Of a stretch of 64,000 bases of DNA, positions 28,594 to 37,608 are shown one piece after another. This DNA comes from an uncultured virus (IMG/VR IMGVR_UViG_3300030329_004627). Its lineage: Duplodnaviria; Heunggongvirae; Uroviricota; Caudoviricetes. The position numbers and the translations under genes are program-made. The stretch is from the IMG/VR virus record IMGVR_UViG_3300030329_004627. One strand, given 5' to 3'. The notes below the pieces were generated by a model. It saw nothing but the letters and a program-made list of their open reading frames with translations. It was not told the DNA's origin and made no database searches. Position 1 is the first letter of the stretch. Each line of letters starts with the position of its first letter.

Positions 28594-30609
28594 ATGGCAC
28601 CCAAAAACCCCAAGCAAGGTAAAAATCCAGCAAATCAACAGTCGGAACTTTTTAAGAGATTAACGCGGCTTTTTTCTGGTCCGATTATAAATTATCGATC
28701 GCAAACAGGTCGACGCATTCGACGTCAACATCTCGATAAATTTTCTTCTAGATTTAAATCTGCTTCGGGCCAACAGTTCAAAAAGTCTCTATATAATCCT
28801 CTTGATACTGTGGCGGCTAATGCGATTGGAAATCAACGCAGGACTGAACGATATGTTGATTTTGATCAGATGGAGTACACTCCCGAGATTGCTTCGACAT
28901 TAGATATCTACGCCGATGAGATGACAACATATTCATCACTTAGTCCGATGATTGATGTTCGCTGCCCTAATGAAGAAATTCGTGCGGTCTTGGGGATTCT
29001 ATATGATCAGATTTTAAACGTTCAATATAATCTTTTTGGCTGGGCGCGCACGATGTGTAAGTATGGCGATTTTTTCCTTTATTTAGATATAGATGATAAT
29101 TTTGGAGTTCAATCGGTCATCTCTTTGCCGATTCAAGAGATTGAAAGACTAGAAGGCCTTGACACTACGAACCCTAACTATATCCAATATCAGTGGAATT
29201 CAGCCGGAATGACATTTGAGAATTGGCAAGTCGCACACTTCCGCATTTTAGGGCATGATAAATACGCACCTTACGGCACATCTATTCTGGAGCCCGCGCG
29301 CCGCATTTGGCGCCAGCTAACTTTGATGGAAGATGCCATGTTGGCTTACCGCGTGATTCGCTCTTCTGAGCGCCGCGTATTTAAAATTGATGTTGGTGCC
29401 ATTCCCCCTAATGAAGTTGAGCAATATATGGAGAAGATCGTTACCAATCTTAAAAGACATTCTGTGGTAGATTCTAAAACTGGGCATATCGATCTGCGCT
29501 ACAATCCAATGTCTATTGAAGAGGATTATTTCATTCCTGTGCGCGCCGGCTCAGCAACAGAGATTACGAATCTCGCCGGCGGAACAAATACAACACAGAT
29601 CGATGACATCAAGTATCTTCGCGACAAGTTATTTTCCGCGTTAAAGATACCCCAAGCCTATCTCGCTATGGGTGAGGGCGCAGCAGAAGACAAAACAACG
29701 TTAGCCCAAAAAGATATTCGTTTTTCTAGAACCATTCAGAGACTACAGAGAGTAATTGTTTCCGAATTAGAAAAAATAGGAATCATCCATCTTTATACAT
29801 TAGGCTTTAGAGGTGACGACTTGCTTGCTTTTGACATAGCCCTCAATAACCCTTCTAAGATTGCGGAGCTTCAAGAGCTTGAGCACTGGAAACAAAAATT
29901 TGATATTGCGGGAGCCGCAACGGAAGGGTATTTCTCCCGTCGTTGGGTTACTGAGCATATTTTTGGAATGTCTCACGAAGATTTTGTTCGCAATCAGCGC
30001 GAAATGTACTATGATCGCAAGCATGATGCGGCCCTACAGCAGGTAGCAGAAGCCGCAGCTGCAGGCGCCGGCGGTGCTGGAGGCCTAGGCGGCGACTTAG
30101 GTGGTGACTTAGGCGGCGACCTAGGTGGTGACTTAGGGGGTGATGATTTGGGAGGAGATTTAGGAGGTGATCTTGGTGGCGGCCCCGAGGAAATGCCAGC
30201 CGGTGATGCCGGCGCCGAACCGGCCGGCGGCGAAGATGAGTCTGCTCTTTTAGCGGTCCCTCCTGGTTCTCGTCCATCAAGACGCTTAACTCCTGGCTCT
30301 AAAGGGAAGGCTTATCGTCCGGTGAACCCGCGCCAGGACGGCCGCAAAGGTGCCGCAGTCAAATCGCACAACAACGCAAAGTGGTCAAAACAGATGGCCG
30401 GTGCTTCATTGAGAAACATTGTTCCCGGCATGAGGGATATCCAAACGTTGTCAAAGGGTATTTATGAACAAGAAGCGTCTACTTATACTATGAGTGATCG
30501 CGCAGAAGAAGAAAATCTTTTTAGAATTAATAAATCTGTAAAAGTTCTTTTAGAAGATTTAGAGAAAAATACATTATTAGTGGAGCAAAAGAATGAAGAT
30601 AAGGCATAA
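28594..30609 (+). CDS. Portal protein (T4 gp20-like)
   Basis: EIASTLDIYADE, QLTLMEDAMLAYRVIRSSERRVFKIDVG, EEDYFIP, IDDIKYLRDKLFSALKIP. Directly follows terL. Confidence 0.93.
   Translation: MAPKNPKQGKNPANQQSELFKRLTRLFSGPIINYRSQTGRRIRRQHLDKFSSRFKSASGQQFKKSLYNPLDTVAANAIGNQRRTERYVDFDQMEYTPEIASTLDIYADEMTTYSSLSPMIDVRCPNEEIRAVLGILYDQILNVQYNLFGWARTMCKYGDFFLYLDIDDNFGVQSVISLPIQEIERLEGLDTTNPNYIQYQWNSAGMTFENWQVAHFRILGHDKYAPYGTSILEPARRIWRQLTLMEDAMLAYRVIRSSERRVFKIDVGAIPPNEVEQYMEKIVTNLKRHSVVDSKTGHIDLRYNPMSIEEDYFIPVRAGSATEITNLAGGTNTTQIDDIKYLRDKLFSALKIPQAYLAMGEGAAEDKTTLAQKDIRFSRTIQRLQRVIVSELEKIGIIHLYTLGFRGDDLLAFDIALNNPSKIAELQELEHWKQKFDIAGAATEGYFSRRWVTEHIFGMSHEDFVRNQREMYYDRKHDAALQQVAEAAAAGAGGAGGLGGDLGGDLGGDLGGDLGGDDLGGDLGGDLGGGPEEMPAGDAGAEPAGGEDESALLAVPPGSRPSRRLTPGSKGKAYRPVNPRQDGRKGAAVKSHNNAKWSKQMAGASLRNIVPGMRDIQTLSKGIYEQEASTYTMSDRAEEENLFRINKSVKVLLEDLEKNTLLVEQKNEDKA
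30088..30183 (+). repeat. Coding tandem repeat (GGDL)n in portal C-terminal tail
   Basis: About seven degenerate 12-bp units encoding GGDL. Confidence 0.85.
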
Positions 30610-31429
30610 TAAAAAAAGAAATACTGCTTTTATTTATGAATCTTTGGTTAAAGAGGCCACTGCGGCTATTATCAAGAACGACAAGAAGACCCAGACCAAG
30701 GTGGTTAATATATTAAAGAAACACTTTGGCGAAGGTACTATTTTACACCAACATTTAGAATGCTATCGCTCTCTTTATGAAAGCGCAGCCCTAGATCAAA
30801 ACACCGCAGAAAAGATACTGAGAGAAGCTAAAATTGGGAGTCGCTTGTTGGACACACAAGGATTGTTTGTGAGTCAGTCTGATTTGATTAAAGATGTAAA
30901 CGAAGAATTTTCCACTGATTTTTATAATACTTTTGTTCCTAACTATAAAACCTTAGCTAGTATAGCTCAAGTTTTTTCAACAAAACTGTCGCCAAAAAAC
31001 TCAGTCATTCTTGAGACTCAAATTTTAACCCATATGACGCGCCCGACTTTAGAAGAGAGAGGCGCCGAACAATCGATAGGTCCTCTCATAGTACAGAGCT
31101 TTGTTAAGAAATTTAACGATAAGTATGAAGCCGGCCTACTTGAAGAACAAAAGGCTCTTTTAAATTATTATATTTCTTCTTTCTCGGACAATTCTTTGAC
31201 ACTTAAGGCGTTTCTTAATGAGGAGATTCCGCGCCTTAAAAAAGGGCTTCAAGAAGCATTGCTAGTGGATGAAATAAAACAAGATGAGGATATGACGCAC
31301 AAGACTAATCAAATAATAGAGAAACTTGAGAGCTTTTATCAGGTCAATTTAAATGAAAAAGTTTTATTAACCATTTTAAAGACACAAAAACTTGTAAAGG
31401 AGTTTGCTAACGATGGCGATCACGGTTAA
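30593..31429 (+). CDS. Hypothetical helical protein downstream of portal
   Basis: 278 aa, begins MKIRHNKKRNTAFIYESL, GGAG RBS. Confidence 0.65.
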   Translation: MKIRHNKKRNTAFIYESLVKEATAAIIKNDKKTQTKVVNILKKHFGEGTILHQHLECYRSLYESAALDQNTAEKILREAKIGSRLLDTQGLFVSQSDLIKDVNEEFSTDFYNTFVPNYKTLASIAQVFSTKLSPKNSVILETQILTHMTRPTLEERGAEQSIGPLIVQSFVKKFNDKYEAGLLEEQKALLNYYISSFSDNSLTLKAFLNEEIPRLKKGLQEALLVDEIKQDEDMTHKTNQIIEKLESFYQVNLNEKVLLTILKTQKLVKEFANDGDHG

Positions 31430-31952
31430 AATTGGCCAGGGAGCCAAATCCACCACAGTTCAGTTAGAGATGGATCTCCGTAAGAGTGTTAATGGAGATC
31501 TTATGATTTTTGATCATGGCGATATTGATATTGTTTTGTCCACCACAAGCAATAAAATTGTTGCTTTTCCTAAAGAAGTGATAAATGACTTAGTGTATGG
31601 CGCCCAAAATAGACTTTTCTCTCATCTTCGCAGAAAAGGCTTAATCATTCCTGAGTCTATCCAGGCCGGCTCGTTTTATGGCTCGATTGAAGGAACCCTA
31701 GAGAAGCCTTTCAAAGAGAGTTTAAACGCTGCAAAATTAGCATTAGTTAATATTGACAGCTTTATTACAGAAGAGCGTCCATATTTTGAATCTACAGAAG
31801 CAATTATTTCGCTAGCTGATGATGAGCTTATTCATCCCGATAAAGAAGATTCAACAGAACTTGGAGAGGTGCCACAAAGAGTTGAGCAGGGCTCCATCCG
31901 ACCCGGATTCGTGAGGGACCCTTATTCATTGAGTTATATGTATACAGTTTAA
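31413..31952 (+). CDS. Hypothetical protein
   Basis: Likely ATG at 31413 (MAITVKIG) downstream of AAGGAG. Confidence 0.6.
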   Translation: MAITVKIGQGAKSTTVQLEMDLRKSVNGDLMIFDHGDIDIVLSTTSNKIVAFPKEVINDLVYGAQNRLFSHLRRKGLIIPESIQAGSFYGSIEGTLEKPFKESLNAAKLALVNIDSFITEERPYFESTEAIISLADDELIHPDKEDSTELGEVPQRVEQGSIRPGFVRDPYSLSYMYTV

Positions 31953-31963
31953 GGAACTTCAAT

Positions 31964-32539
31964 ATGTCGGAGATGAAATTGATAATGGAGAACTGGCGCC
32001 AATGTATTACGGAGGCGCCCAGTGCTCAGCGCGAGCGCCTAGCGGACGTTTTATCTCGCCTAAAAAGCATCCAGGGTGCGCAAGTTACTGCTGAAGACCT
32101 CAAATTTTTGGTAGGAGTGATGGCACGCGATATAGCCAGTGGGGGCAAGTTTAGCAAAGAATTAGAAACAGCAGCTAGTGAATCAGGAATAGATCTTGCG
32201 GCCGATGCCGCAGGCCTAGGTCTTTTAAAGAATAGCGCTAAACTTGTAGGAGCGGTTACCAAAAGAGCAAAAGTCAGCTTGAAAGATGACGCCTCAGTTT
32301 TGGCTAGTATTATGCTAGTGGATGATACTGCCGCTTCTCAAAATCCAATTCTAGATCTGATGAATGTACATGACGCCTACGAAGGCACCATCAATCCTTT
32401 ACTTAACGGCCCTTTTGTTGCCTATGCTATGGAAAAATTAAATGGAGCAACAGGTGTCTTACCGGGCGACTGGGGAACGCAAGTTATGAAAAGCTATTTA
32501 GCAGATGAACGCTCTTTACAAACTAAGCCAACGAGATAA
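31964..32539 (+). CDS. Putative internal head protein with class-2 leader (MKLIMENWRQCITE)
   Basis: Leader ends in I-T-E and resembles the start of 33494. Confidence 0.6.
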   Translation: MSEMKLIMENWRQCITEAPSAQRERLADVLSRLKSIQGAQVTAEDLKFLVGVMARDIASGGKFSKELETAASESGIDLAADAAGLGLLKNSAKLVGAVTKRAKVSLKDDASVLASIMLVDDTAASQNPILDLMNVHDAYEGTINPLLNGPFVAYAMEKLNGATGVLPGDWGTQVMKSYLADERSLQTKPTR

Positions 32540-32541
32540 TA

Positions 32542-32847
32542 ATGACAGAACTATTAACATTTATACTATGCGCCTACGGGCTCACGCAAATCCTTGTCTA
32601 CGGCAAGATCTTTTCGAGACTACGACCTAAGAAAGGCAAGCTTGGAGAATTGGCAAACTGCTCTATGTGTATGGGTTTTCATGTGGGATGGCTTTTAATG
32701 CTACTTTCTCCATTTACAGAACTATTTAGTTTTGATGTAACTGTCTTTAATTTCTTCCTTCTTGGGGGTCTTTCGTCGGGAACATCTTATATTTTAACAA
32801 TGCTCTTTGGAGATGATGGAGTGAAACATGAACACAAGTTGGACTAG
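32542..32847 (+). CDS. Membrane protein with CxxC (DUF1360-like)
   Basis: Three hydrophobic segments and ANCSMCMGFHVG. Confidence 0.55.
   Translation: MTELLTFILCAYGLTQILVYGKIFSRLRPKKGKLGELANCSMCMGFHVGWLLMLLSPFTELFSFDVTVFNFFLLGGLSSGTSYILTMLFGDDGVKHEHKLD
32721..32728 (+). promoter_or_regulatory. Putative late promoter ACTATTTA upstream of prohead protease
   Basis: Exact motif, intragenic, about 170 nt before the protease start. Confidence 0.4.
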
Positions 32848-32893
32848 CAAATGGATGCTACAGCCCGTTCGCCGCTGCTGTAAAGGATCTTAG
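32828..32893 (+). CDS. Possible 21-aa microprotein MNTSWTSKWMLQPVRRCCKGS
   Basis: GGAG 6 nt before ATG. Stop ends 2 nt before the protease ATG. Confidence 0.4.
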   Translation: MNTSWTSKWMLQPVRRCCKGS

Positions 32894-32895
32894 CT

Positions 32896-33501
32896 ATGGG
32901 AAAGAAATTATTACGAGAATATTATGAACTCTGCGAAGGTGGCGTTTGCCAGGATCTTTTAACTGAAGAAGAAAAAAGATATGTCGCCAATGGCGGCATG
33001 ATTTTGTCTGGAAAGCTTCAAGAAGCCGATATTCAAAACGGCAATGGTAGAGTTTACCCTCACGCAGTTTTAATGCGAGAGATGAAAAATTATTCTAAAC
33101 TTGTGAAAGAAAAAAGAGCACTCGGCGAACTCGATCATCCGGAAGATTCCGTCATTAATTTAAAGAATGCTTCCCACTTAGTCACTGATGTGTGGTGGGA
33201 TAACAAGAATGTGATGGGAAAAGTTAAAGTATTAGATACCCCTTCGGGACAAGTGTTAAAGAGCCTAGTAAGCTCCGGAGTTAAACTAGGTATCTCTTCT
33301 CGCGGAATGGGCTCCGTACAGGAAAGCGCAGGGCAGACAATTGTTGAGGATGACTTCCAATTGATTTGTTTTGATTTTGTATCTGAGCCTTCAACTCCGA
33401 ATGCTTTTATGATGCAAGAAGCAAAAGATTTTAAGAACAGTGTCTTTACAAAGGCAGATCGTATCAACAGATTATTAAATGAGGTACTAGAAGATGAGTG
33501 A
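32896..33501 (+). CDS. Prohead core protease (T4 gp21-like)
   Basis: NGNGRVYP, ALGELDHP, SH, TPSG, GISSRGMGS, DFVSEPSTPNA. Confidence 0.95.
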   Translation: MGKKLLREYYELCEGGVCQDLLTEEEKRYVANGGMILSGKLQEADIQNGNGRVYPHAVLMREMKNYSKLVKEKRALGELDHPEDSVINLKNASHLVTDVWWDNKNVMGKVKVLDTPSGQVLKSLVSSGVKLGISSRGMGSVQESAGQTIVEDDFQLICFDFVSEPSTPNAFMMQEAKDFKNSVFTKADRINRLLNEVLEDE

Positions 33502-35104
33502 TTGGAGTAGTTTTAATAACGATAAAAAGCATATGGATTCGTGGCGAAAGTTTCTTTCCGAAGATAAGAATAAAGGCGACAAAGAGCAATTAAATGAAGT
33601 TAGCTTTTTACAATCGCTTGGCTTGCAAAAGATGGATCCCGAAGAAAACAAAAAAATAGATGATCTTGCGAAGTATATACTTGATAACCCAAAGTATGTA
33701 GACGGTCTGCTCGATCGGAAAACTGGCCGTGTCAAATTGGGCGCCCGCATGGGCGGCGGGCTTGCCGTCAAGATGTTCCAGATGCTCGGCGTACCCTACA
33801 ATGATTATAATCTTCTTCGCGTGTTTGAGAAATTGATGAGCATGGCCGACCCAGAAGGCGCCACCGTCGACGACTTCGTTGCGGCCCAGGCCGGCGCACG
33901 TCCACGCTTGGATCGTCTGATGCCAGCACTCAAGCGCGCCTCAAAACAAATTAAACAAAAGATCGAAAAAGAATTTGAAGAAAACCCTGAAAACTTTGAG
34001 TCTCCAGACCTCGGCAGCCTCTCCCAATATGAGAAAGATAAGCCCGATGAAGAAGCCGAAGAAGAAGCGCCGGCCGCATCCGCCGATCCCGATACAGCAG
34101 AGCCAGAAACTGGCCAAGCATCGGTACGCGTGGGACAAACAACTCGCAACTTGGCCGGCCATCTTATGACTATGGATCAGGCACGTTTTATTCAAGCTAT
34201 GGTTATTCGCGCCTTAAATCAAGCTGGCTATGGCAAGAGTATTCGGATGGATGAATCGACTAAACTATTGAAACAGTTTTTAACCGATCCCGCCGTCCTT
34301 CTTAAAGAACTACTCATCGCTGACATTATCACTGAGATTACAGCAACAGGCCGCGGGTATGACCCCGCGCCCCGACGTACTCCAGCGCGCCCAAGTAGAG
34401 CGTTAGCTCCTATTGATTTAGGAGGAGCTGGCATCAAGCCCGAAAACCAGCGAAAGGTTAAACGAATTTTGGATAAGATGCTATCTGGTGTTGGCTTGGA
34501 AGTAGAATTTGGACCCACTAAGCCAGATCCCAGATTTGCTGACCGCACACCAGAACCAGAAGCGCCAGCCGCAGCAGAACCCCGCGCGGCCGGTGGTTTC
34601 ACTGACGAGCCCGATCCGGCCGCTTCTTGGGCGTCTGATGCTGGACCTCCCATGGGGGACTTGCCGACATTAGATGATACTCCAGAAGCACCAGAAGCAG
34701 CCGCAGAACCAGAAGCGCCAGCCGCAGAGCCAGAAGCAGCAGCCGCAGAACCAGAAGCAGCAGCCGCAGCCGCAGCACCAGAAGCAGCAGCCGCCAAACC
34801 CGCCGCGCCCGGCCAGGATGTTAAAATATCTACCAGTTCAAAATACGGCGCAAAGGCTACGACTATCGAAGATCTTGCCCTTCAAATGCTAGGCATGCCA
34901 CGTGTTCCTGATCCAAATAAACAAAAAAATCAAAATCGTGCCTTTACAAAATTAACCAATAAGATTGCTCAAGCCATGAAGAAGGCACTCCAAGATGAAT
35001 TTGGAACATCTCTAGGTAAAGTTACAATTTACGAGAACAATCAAGCAAAGATCGAAAAACTATTTATTGAAGAATTTCAAAGAGTGTTAAATGAAAAAAA
35101 ATGA
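33494..35104 (+). CDS. Putative internal head protein with Ala/Glu/Pro repeats
   Basis: Starts ...HMDSWRKFLSE...QLNE, contains EPEAAAA repeats, ends RVLNEKK. Confidence 0.6.
   Translation: MSDWSSFNNDKKHMDSWRKFLSEDKNKGDKEQLNEVSFLQSLGLQKMDPEENKKIDDLAKYILDNPKYVDGLLDRKTGRVKLGARMGGGLAVKMFQMLGVPYNDYNLLRVFEKLMSMADPEGATVDDFVAAQAGARPRLDRLMPALKRASKQIKQKIEKEFEENPENFESPDLGSLSQYEKDKPDEEAEEEAPAASADPDTAEPETGQASVRVGQTTRNLAGHLMTMDQARFIQAMVIRALNQAGYGKSIRMDESTKLLKQFLTDPAVLLKELLIADIITEITATGRGYDPAPRRTPARPSRALAPIDLGGAGIKPENQRKVKRILDKMLSGVGLEVEFGPTKPDPRFADRTPEPEAPAAAEPRAAGGFTDEPDPAASWASDAGPPMGDLPTLDDTPEAPEAAAEPEAPAAEPEAAAAEPEAAAAAAAPEAAAAKPAAPGQDVKISTSSKYGAKATTIEDLALQMLGMPRVPDPNKQKNQNRAFTKLTNKIAQAMKKALQDEFGTSLGKVTIYENNQAKIEKLFIEEFQRVLNEKK
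34681..34795 (+). repeat. Coding low-complexity repeat (EPEA[P/A]AA)n
   Basis: Repeated gcagaaccagaagc / gcagccgca units. Confidence 0.8.
35059..35066 (+). promoter_or_regulatory. Putative late promoter ACTATTTA (upstream of 35091 and bS21)
   Basis: Exact motif 25 nt before ATG 35091. Confidence 0.55.
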
Positions 35105-35501
35105 TTTAAAAAAATTAATCAAGCCCCTTGTAAAAGAATGCATACACGAAGTTCTTTTAGAAGAGGGGCTATTGTCGAATGTGGTGGCAGAAGTGGCGAA
35201 GGGAATGCAAGGAAATTTAGTAATGGAATCGCAAACACCCCCTCGCGAAACCTCGCAGGCACGAAGCCGGCAAGCAAATAACACCCGCGCAAAACTTCAA
35301 GAGCATCGTAAAAAATTGATGGACTCTATTGGTGCTGACGCCTATAATGGGGTTGATTTGTTCGAAGGCACCGCGCCGATGTCAAAGCAAGAGGCGCGCC
35401 CTGCTAAGGGCTCCCCGGATCTTGGGAGCCCCAATGATTCTGGAGTGGACATTAGCTCTTTAATTGGCAATGCATCCCAAGTTTGGAAGGCAATAAAATG
35501 A
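35091..35501 (+). CDS. Hypothetical protein with leader-like start (MKKNDLKKLIKPLVKECIHEVLLE)
   Basis: 136 aa, ATGA-coupled to bS21. Confidence 0.6.
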   Translation: MKKNDLKKLIKPLVKECIHEVLLEEGLLSNVVAEVAKGMQGNLVMESQTPPRETSQARSRQANNTRAKLQEHRKKLMDSIGADAYNGVDLFEGTAPMSKQEARPAKGSPDLGSPNDSGVDISSLIGNASQVWKAIK

Positions 35502-35743
35502 GTAATAAAATAAATGTTCAAGTAACAGCTAGGGAATGTAGGAACAACAACGACAGAATGATCCGTAAGTTTTCTAAGAAAGTAAAAAAAGAAAGAATTA
35601 TAGAACAAATAAGGGATCGTCGTCGTTATAAGAAGCCATCAGTTGCCAAGAAAGAAAAACGCGCACGTGCTGAGCGCGCCCGCCAAAGAGAGCGACTTAA
35701 GAAACAAAGAGCACAAGAAAGAAGAAAGAGAATGAACAAATGA
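35498..35743 (+). CDS. rpsU: Ribosomal protein bS21 (phage-encoded)
   Basis: ATG at 35498. VQV...DRMIRKFSKKVKKERIIEQIRDRRRYKKPSVAKKEK matches the bS21 pattern (LRRFK....G...E.R.R..YEKPS..RK). Arg/Lys-rich tail. Confidence 0.88.
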   Translation: MSNKINVQVTARECRNNNDRMIRKFSKKVKKERIIEQIRDRRRYKKPSVAKKEKRARAERARQRERLKKQRAQERRKRMNK

Positions 35744-35750
35744 CTATTTA
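35743..35750 (+). promoter_or_regulatory. Putative late promoter ACTATTTA
   Basis: Intergenic, upstream of the GGAGG RBS of 35785. Confidence 0.65.
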
Positions 35751-35784
35751 TAATAAATGTAAACTTTTTGGAGGTTTTTAGAGT

Positions 35785-36228
35785 ATGGCTATTTCATGGA
35801 AAATGAATGTTGGAATTAATAATGTTCCATCCTTTCAAGTAAGCGGCCGCCCCTTTGCGACGGGAAGCGTTAACAGCACTATTACATCTAAGATTACTTT
35901 TCCCTATGTAACACGATGGGTGATTATTATAAATAACGACACGAGTAACGCTTGTAAGGTAGGCTTTTCCGCCGCCGGCATGCGCGCCACATCAGCTAAG
36001 AGTAACTATTTTATGGTAGGCAAAGCTGATGCCGCAGGTCAGCCACGACAGAGTGAGCGATTAGAGCTAAAGGTTTCAGAGATTCACTTGGGCACATCAA
36101 CTAACGTTGATATCATCGCAGGCTTAACGACTATCCCGGCTAATCGTACGCAAATGGGAACATCATCTATTGCTCCGACTGCGGGTCAAACCCTCTACAG
36201 CTGGTCCGGATCTGCTGGAGTAGGGTAA
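35785..36228 (+). CDS. Putative virion structural protein
   Basis: Beta-rich 147-aa ORF heading the fibre-like cluster. Confidence 0.55.
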   Translation: MAISWKMNVGINNVPSFQVSGRPFATGSVNSTITSKITFPYVTRWVIIINNDTSNACKVGFSAAGMRATSAKSNYFMVGKADAAGQPRQSERLELKVSEIHLGTSTNVDIIAGLTTIPANRTQMGTSSIAPTAGQTLYSWSGSAGVG

Positions 36229-36229
36229 T

Positions 36230-36886
36230 ATGGCGAAGTTTGGTTGGGCATACATTAATTGCGATGGCGCCGACTCAGGCTCAGCTAGTGGTCCGTTAAA
36301 TTCGGTCCAGTATTATATTGGCGACGGAGATTCGTCGGGATCCCTCCACTATACTTATAGGGATACACATAACGTACTTTATCTTACAGGCACATTAATT
36401 GTCTCGGGTGCTGTATCTGCCAGTTCTTACCATATCGAAAATGTTGTAGAGATGGATGTGTCTGGTTCGACATGGTTTGGTAATACTAATGATGACGTTC
36501 ATGTGCGCACAGGTAGTTTAGCAGTAGGTCGCTCTGGCGGCACTGTGATTTTAAAAGCAGATACCAATACCCGTACCGCGGCCGTTAGAGGCTTTGCTGG
36601 TAGGTATAGGCGCACTACGGCCGCCTCCACGACTTTGGCATCTGGAGATTATATTGTGGGCTGTAGCGCCAGCGCCAATCAAACTGTAACGTTGCCGAAT
36701 CCTAGTACGTGTTTGGCCGGCACGCAGCTTCTTATCAAGGATGAATATAAAGACCGCTCAGGTACTAAAATTTTTGTATCAGCATCTAGTGGAACGACGG
36801 TAGAAAACAGAGGTTTCTATGTGATGGTGGGCACAATGCCAGCAATTAACCTATATACGGATGGTAGCAACTGGTTTGTATATTGA
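36230..36886 (+). CDS. Fibre-like virion protein
   Basis: Gly/Ser/Thr-rich. C-terminal TVTLP...G.QLLIKD...DGSNWFVY domain shared with neighbours. Confidence 0.6.
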   Translation: MAKFGWAYINCDGADSGSASGPLNSVQYYIGDGDSSGSLHYTYRDTHNVLYLTGTLIVSGAVSASSYHIENVVEMDVSGSTWFGNTNDDVHVRTGSLAVGRSGGTVILKADTNTRTAAVRGFAGRYRRTTAASTTLASGDYIVGCSASANQTVTLPNPSTCLAGTQLLIKDEYKDRSGTKIFVSASSGTTVENRGFYVMVGTMPAINLYTDGSNWFVY

Positions 36887-36903
36887 AGGAGCACTGGTGG
36901 TAA

Positions 36904-37524
36904 ATGGCGTACAATATTTTATCAGGCACCGTCATCGCAGCTGCCAAATATTGGCCCGGCGGCATTGTTAAAAATGCGATTGTTTCAGGAAACCTAAGCA
37001 CATCCAACGGCGCCGAAATAATCAATGTTCCTAGAGTAAGCAGTCCGGTCAACAATGGGGTGATCACCAATCTTAACGGAGATGCCAACACGTTAACTTG
37101 CGAATCTGCTATGAGGTTTGATGGCTCCGCATTAAATGTCATTGGCGAAATTACAGCCAGTGTTGGAGTGTCTGCGTCATATTTTTATGGTGACGGTAGT
37201 CGCCTCACCGGCGTTACTGCTTCTTCGGGCACCGGCCGCCTTACTGTTAATAGTATTGGAGACGCCAATGGTGATCTTACTGCTGGGTTTAATTATGGAT
37301 CCGCCACATTTACCGGCGCACGCCAATGGAGAACACCGGCATCTCCTACGGTTGGCGATGTAATACACGTTAAAGCCCCCGCGGGAGTGAGCGCCACAAA
37401 CACGCTTAAAATAGTCACATATGCCGATCACCGTCTTGATGGATTGGGCTCACTAACGATTGAGTCCCCCCACACAGCGCTGAGCTTGTGCTATGTCGTG
37501 TCGGGATCGTATAGAATATTCTAG
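36904..37524 (+). CDS. Fibre-like virion protein
   Basis: FYGDGSRLTGV fibre motif. C-terminal TPASPTVGDVIHVK domain. Confidence 0.6.
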   Translation: MAYNILSGTVIAAAKYWPGGIVKNAIVSGNLSTSNGAEIINVPRVSSPVNNGVITNLNGDANTLTCESAMRFDGSALNVIGEITASVGVSASYFYGDGSRLTGVTASSGTGRLTVNSIGDANGDLTAGFNYGSATFTGARQWRTPASPTVGDVIHVKAPAGVSATNTLKIVTYADHRLDGLGSLTIESPHTALSLCYVVSGSYRIF

Positions 37525-37600
37525 TTTTGTGATTGTTTGTTAAAACGCTCGCTGAGTTGTGATCGGCCACTAAGAAAATTAATTTGAGAGTGTCAAAAGC

Positions 37601-37608
37601 ACTATTTA
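37601..37608 (+). promoter_or_regulatory. Putative late promoter ACTATTTA
   Basis: Intergenic, followed by a two-hairpin leader. Confidence 0.65.

Noticed and set aside
30088..34795. GGDL and EPEAAA tandem repeats as CRISPR-like arrays
   Set aside because: In-frame degenerate coding repeats with no unique spacers. No cas genes seen.
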